Below the pieces are notes generated by a model. It did no database searches. It saw nothing but the letters and a program-made list of their open reading frames with translations, and was not told where the DNA came from. Positions 60,247-64,000 of a stretch of DNA of 64,000 nucleotides are shown piece by piece (the stretch's first letter is position 1; the number at the start of each line of letters is the position of its first letter). The stretch is taken from positions 31,363 to 95,362 of the forward strand of contig CAIVZZ010000018.1 of the NCBI GenBank assembly GCA_903910555.1, written 5' to 3'. A program made the translations under genes and the position numbers. The stretch comes from an uncultured Gemmatimonadota bacterium. GTDB lineage: Bacteria > Gemmatimonadota > Gemmatimonadetes > Gemmatimonadales > Gemmatimonadaceae.

Positions 60247-61001
60247 TGCGTATTTAGAATTCTTGCCGCCGCCATCGCCGCGCCAAATCCATTGTCGATA
60301 TTGCACACCACCACACCCGCCGCGCAGCTGTTCAGCATCGCGAGCAGCGCCGACAGCCCGTGGAAACTCGCGCCGTAGCCGACACTCGTCGGCACCGCGA
60401 TCACCGGAACGCGCACGAGACCGCCAACCACGGACGGCAGCGCGCCGTCCATTCCCGCAACGACAATCACGACGGCTGCATCGCGGAGCGCATCGTGCTG
60501 TGCGAGCAGGCGGTGAATCCCCGCGACGCCAACGTCGGTGAGGCGCGCCGCCGTGAATCCCATCGCCGCGAGCGTTTCTGCGGCCTCCTCCGCGACGGGC
60601 AGATCGCTCGTGCCCGCCGTGACGATCAGCGCGGTTTTCGTGCTGCGATTCGATGACGCGCCCGACGAGCCTTCGAGCCGAACGGTTCGAGCGAGTGCGT
60701 TGATCGTCGCCGAGGGATACGCCTCCGCGAGCGCGGCGCGCTGCGCATCGTTCGTTCGCGTGACGAGGAATCCATCGCCCTTCGCTGCGAGGTGCGCGCA
60801 GATCGTGACGGTGTGCCCGGTTGTCTTTCCTTCGCCGAACACGACTTCAGGATATCCGGACCGAAGCGCGCGGTGATGATCTATGGTGGCGAAGCCGAGT
60901 GACTCCACCGGCTCGACGTCGAGATGCGCGAGCGCCTGATCGATCGTGGCCCGCCCCGCCGCAACTTCTTCGAGCAGCGTGCGAACCCGCTCGCGTTTCA
61001 C
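60243..61001 (-). CDS. larB: nickel-pincer cofactor biosynthesis protein LarB
   Basis: PEVVFGEGK, AGTSD, DVGVAG, PTSVGYG, NIDNGFGAA. Confidence 0.92.
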   Translation of the reverse strand: MKRERVRTLLEEVAAGRATIDQALAHLDVEPVESLGFATIDHHRALRSGYPEVVFGEGKTTGHTVTICAHLAAKGDGFLVTRTNDAQRAALAEAYPSATINALARTVRLEGSSGASSNRSTKTALIVTAGTSDLPVAEEAAETLAAMGFTAARLTDVGVAGIHRLLAQHDALRDAAVVIVVAGMDGALPSVVGGLVRVPVIAVPTSVGYGASFHGLSALLAMLNSCAAGVVVCNIDNGFGAAMAAARILNTQ

Positions 61002-61019
61002 GGAGCAGCTATGCGCGGG

Positions 61020-62075
61020 TCACGCATGTTCAGCCTCGAGCAGTTCGGCGTCGAGGTCGGCGTCGGTATCGCGTGAGGATGAGGGCGCGAAATCGCCGCG
61101 TTTGTCACGGGCGAGGTAATCATCGAAGATTCCTTCTACCTCACCGAAGCCGTTCACCTGATGAAGTTTCTTGCGAAGGTCTGCTGATCCCGGCAGTCCT
61201 TTCACATACCACCCGAGGTGCTTGCGGAACTCAAGCGCGGCACCGGTGGGGTCGATTTCATATTCCTGCACCATGCGCGCGTGCTGAAGTGCCGTCTCAA
61301 AGCGCACCGCAACCGGCGGCGGTGGCGGCAGCTCTTTTCCAGCGAGCAGTGCGCGCGTTTGATCGAAAATCCACGGCTGGCCGAACGAGCCGCGCGCGAT
61401 CATCACCCCGGCACACTTTGTCTCGCGATACATGCGGAATGCATCGTGTGCAGTTTTTATATCGCCATTGCCGATCACGGGGATATCGAGCGCGTCTACC
61501 AGTTTCGCGATTTCTTCCCAGCGGGCGGCGCCGGTATACATCTGCGTGCGCGTGCGCGGATGGAGCGCGATCGCGCCGACGCCCGCGTCCTGACAGCGAA
61601 GGCCGATGGTGACCGGGTCGCGCATCTCTTCGTTCCAGCCGCTGCGGATCTTGCACGTCACCGGCAGGTGCGTCGAGCTGCGCACCGCGCGAATGACTTC
61701 CTGAACCAGATTGAGATCCTTCAGACAGCCTGAGCCGCCATTGCGCCGCACGACCTTTTTGACCGGGCAGCCGAAGTTGATATCGATGAACTCCGGCTGA
61801 AACACATCTGTAACGAGTGCGGCCGCTTCACCCATCGGCCCGGGTTCGCCCCCGAAGATCTGCACTCCTATCGGACGCTCATCCGGCCCAAACCTGAGTT
61901 TACTGAGCGTTGCCTCATTCTCCCGGCGGATTCCTTCGGCCGACAGGAACTCCGTGACCACTACGTCCGCGCCAAAGCGGCGGCAGAGACGCCGAAATGG
62001 CGACTCCGACACCCCGGCCATGGGCGCCAAAAAGAGCGGCACCTCGTGCGCGACGGAATAGGGGAAAGTGGGCAT
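61020..62075 (-). CDS. dusB: tRNA-dihydrouridine synthase B
   Basis: LAPMAG, DINFGCP, KIRSGW, GNGDI, RKHLGWY; start moved to ATG 62075. Confidence 0.93.
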   Translation of the reverse strand: MPTFPYSVAHEVPLFLAPMAGVSESPFRRLCRRFGADVVVTEFLSAEGIRRENEATLSKLRFGPDERPIGVQIFGGEPGPMGEAAALVTDVFQPEFIDINFGCPVKKVVRRNGGSGCLKDLNLVQEVIRAVRSSTHLPVTCKIRSGWNEEMRDPVTIGLRCQDAGVGAIALHPRTRTQMYTGAARWEEIAKLVDALDIPVIGNGDIKTAHDAFRMYRETKCAGVMIARGSFGQPWIFDQTRALLAGKELPPPPPVAVRFETALQHARMVQEYEIDPTGAALEFRKHLGWYVKGLPGSADLRKKLHQVNGFGEVEGIFDDYLARDKRGDFAPSSSRDTDADLDAELLEAEHA

Positions 62076-62082
62076 GAATCGG

Positions 62083-62149
62083 AAGCTAAGGCACTCGGCA
62101 AATGCTTGCAACATCACGATTTGACGCATATTGGCGCGAGCGTTAGGTT
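62083..62149. promoter_or_regulatory. back-to-back promoters for dusB and PTS IIA gene
   Basis: - strand TTGCAA-17-TAGCTT (62111-62083); + strand TTGACG-17-TAGGTT (62121-62149). Confidence 0.65.
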
Positions 62150-62211
62150 AGCCTCATACCAACCGACCAGCCGGCGCGGCTACGCCACGCGCCTGAAACA
62201 CGAGGAGCTGC

Positions 62212-62664
62212 ATGGAACTGCGCGAGTTTTTCTCTGAAGACGCCGTCAAACTCGACCTTCAGGGAACCACAAAAGATGACGTCCTCAAGGAGCTCATCGC
62301 GCTCGTCGGCCTCGATGAAAAGAACGAGGCGATGCTGTTCAAGATGCTCAAGCGCCGCGAGAACCTGGGCTCAACAGGCATCGGACGCGGAATCGCGATT
62401 CCCCACTGCCGTTCACTCGTCGTGAACAAGTTGCGCGTTGCGTTCGGCAGGAAGCGGGAAGGCGTCGACTTCAAAGCGATCGATGAAAAGCCAGTCTTCT
62501 TTTTCTTCTTGATCGTCGCGCCGCCGCTCGAAGTTTCGAATCAGTATCTCCCCGTGCTCGGCAAGATCGCGCAGTTCTCCAAAGAGGCGGATGTCCCGGA
62601 GCGTTTGTTAAGCATCACGCAGCCCGGCGAGTTCATGAAGCTTCTCGAGGAGAAGGGCGTATAG
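62212..62664 (+). CDS. PTS IIA (Ntr-type) protein
   Basis: RENLGSTGIG.GIAIPHCR, DFKAIDEKPV; GAGGAG SD. Confidence 0.9.
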   Translation: MELREFFSEDAVKLDLQGTTKDDVLKELIALVGLDEKNEAMLFKMLKRRENLGSTGIGRGIAIPHCRSLVVNKLRVAFGRKREGVDFKAIDEKPVFFFFLIVAPPLEVSNQYLPVLGKIAQFSKEADVPERLLSITQPGEFMKLLEEKGV

Positions 62665-63752
62665 TTCGCCACCTGATTGTCGCGTGCCTCGCCGTTGCGC
62701 CGGTTGTTTCAGCCGGTGCGCAGAGCGCTGACCCACACGCGACAGTCACCGTAGGAACCGCCACCGCAAGGCGCGGCGAGCGTGCGTACGGAGCGCTGAT
62801 CGTTCCAGCCGGCACTGATTCCGGCACCACAATTCAGGTCGCGGTCATCAACGGCGCGAAGCCCGGGCGCGTCGTGTCGTTCGTGTCTGGTGCACACGGC
62901 ACGGAATACACGTCGGTTGTTGCGCTGACGAAACTGATCGAACGCATCAATCCAACGAAACTTTCCGGCACCGTGATCATCGTGCCGCTGCTGAACGTCG
63001 CTTCGTTCGAGCAGATGGTGCCGCATGTGAATCCCGTCGATAAGAAAGGGATGAACGCGCAGTATCCAGGAAGCCCGTCGGGAACGCAGACGGAGCGCGC
63101 GCTTGGGATGGTGGCCGAACAGGTCGTGAAACCCGCAGATGTGATTGTCGATTTGCACGGCGGCGATCTTGATGAAGACCTGCGCCCGTACAGCTATTGG
63201 ATGCGCAGCGGCAACAGCGCGCAGGACAGCGCGAGCCGTGCGCTCGATGTCGCATTCGGACTCGACATGGTGATCGTCAATGACATCGACGTCACCAATC
63301 CGGCTCGCACACGCAGTCTGAGCGGCTTTGCGCTGTCGCTCGGCAAGACGACTTTCGTTGCAGAAGCCGGACGATCCGGACTCGTGACCGCTGAAGAAAC
63401 GGGTCTACTGGTGAGCGGATCGCTGAACGTCCTCGCATCGCTCAAGATGATCGATCGTGCCGTGCCGCCGTCGCCGAAAATCAGCTGGGTCGGCCACGAC
63501 ATGCGTGTTCGCGCCGACAGCGGCGGGATGTTCTACGCGACTGCGCTTAGAGGAAGTCGCGTGCTGAAGGGCGCGAAGGTCGGCTATATCACCGACTACG
63601 TTGGACGAAAGACGAGTGACGTGCTCGCCCCGCAGGCAGGCGTCGTGAGCTTCATTCGTGGTGTGCCGTCACTCGCGAAAGGTTCGACAATCGTAACGAT
63701 TGTCGAAGTCTTCGAGGGCGGTCCGCAGCCGTGGACCAAGCCCGCGCCCTGA
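62661..63752 (+). CDS. secreted succinylglutamate desuccinylase/aspartoacylase (M14-like) family protein
   Basis: HGTE, DLHGG; frame open and protein-like back to ATA 62661, including a signal peptide. Confidence 0.82.
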   Translation: MVRHLIVACLAVAPVVSAGAQSADPHATVTVGTATARRGERAYGALIVPAGTDSGTTIQVAVINGAKPGRVVSFVSGAHGTEYTSVVALTKLIERINPTKLSGTVIIVPLLNVASFEQMVPHVNPVDKKGMNAQYPGSPSGTQTERALGMVAEQVVKPADVIVDLHGGDLDEDLRPYSYWMRSGNSAQDSASRALDVAFGLDMVIVNDIDVTNPARTRSLSGFALSLGKTTFVAEAGRSGLVTAEETGLLVSGSLNVLASLKMIDRAVPPSPKISWVGHDMRVRADSGGMFYATALRGSRVLKGAKVGYITDYVGRKTSDVLAPQAGVVSFIRGVPSLAKGSTIVTIVEVFEGGPQPWTKPAP

Positions 63753-63768
63753 GCGAGCAGGCGCGCGG

Positions 63769-64000
63769 CTACTGCCCCGGTGCGGCGACGATCACCGGCA
63801 TCTCTTGGACGACTGGCGCCGGTGTGTGGAGCCACTTGGGTACTCCGCTGGCAGTCGCGCGGAGGATCGCCGGCCCCGGCTGAAATTGCGCCAGGAACTC
63901 GGTCGTGAAAGAAGGCATCATCGAGCCCTGGCGCGTGCGAGGGTTGTAGAACCCGTTGCGAGTCGGTGCGATCCGCAAGTCCGCGAGCGTGACGGCGTGC
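63769..64000 (-). CDS. C-terminal part of an unidentified CDS running off the window
   Basis: Frame open to the window edge; stop converges on the neighbouring gene. Confidence 0.5.
   Translation of the reverse strand, partial: HAVTLADLRIAPTRNGFYNPRTRQGSMMPSFTTEFLAQFQPGPAILRATASGVPKWLHTPAPVVQEMPVIVAAPGQ

Overview
High-GC bacterial chromosomal segment; gene content (PadR/orphan ABC permease pair, Gly-rich BNR-repeat protein, gene order) suggests Gemmatimonadota, by inference only. It is mostly core genome: an acyl-CoA mutase/AtuA/carboxyltransferase cluster, aspS-phoH-ybeY-CNNM, rlmN, a trp cluster interleaved with signalling genes and lexA, truA-degP-purB-purC-psd-pssA-purSQLF, ssrA, larB and dusB. 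A ~6.2 kb accessory block (arsR-arsM-aquaporin-arsC, an inverted-repeat-flanked four-helix-bundle gene, padR-permease) is bracketed by two copies of one palindromic element. The best candidate for an undescribed system is at 20-221: a sigma70-type promoter drives an unannotated, apparently leaderless 27-codon peptide with ten consecutive Met/Cys codons, followed by mutually exclusive antiterminator/terminator helices, upstream of an ATP-grasp + flavin monooxygenase operon. This looks like a ribosome-mediated attenuator sensing both sulfur amino acids. Other points: direct-repeat candidate LexA boxes, a transaldolase homologue lacking its catalytic residues, an isobutyryl-CoA-type mutase, two probable non-canonical starts (CTG, ATA), many leaderless promoters and an unannotated 53-aa membrane protein. 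All product calls come from motif recognition by eye; no database search was run.
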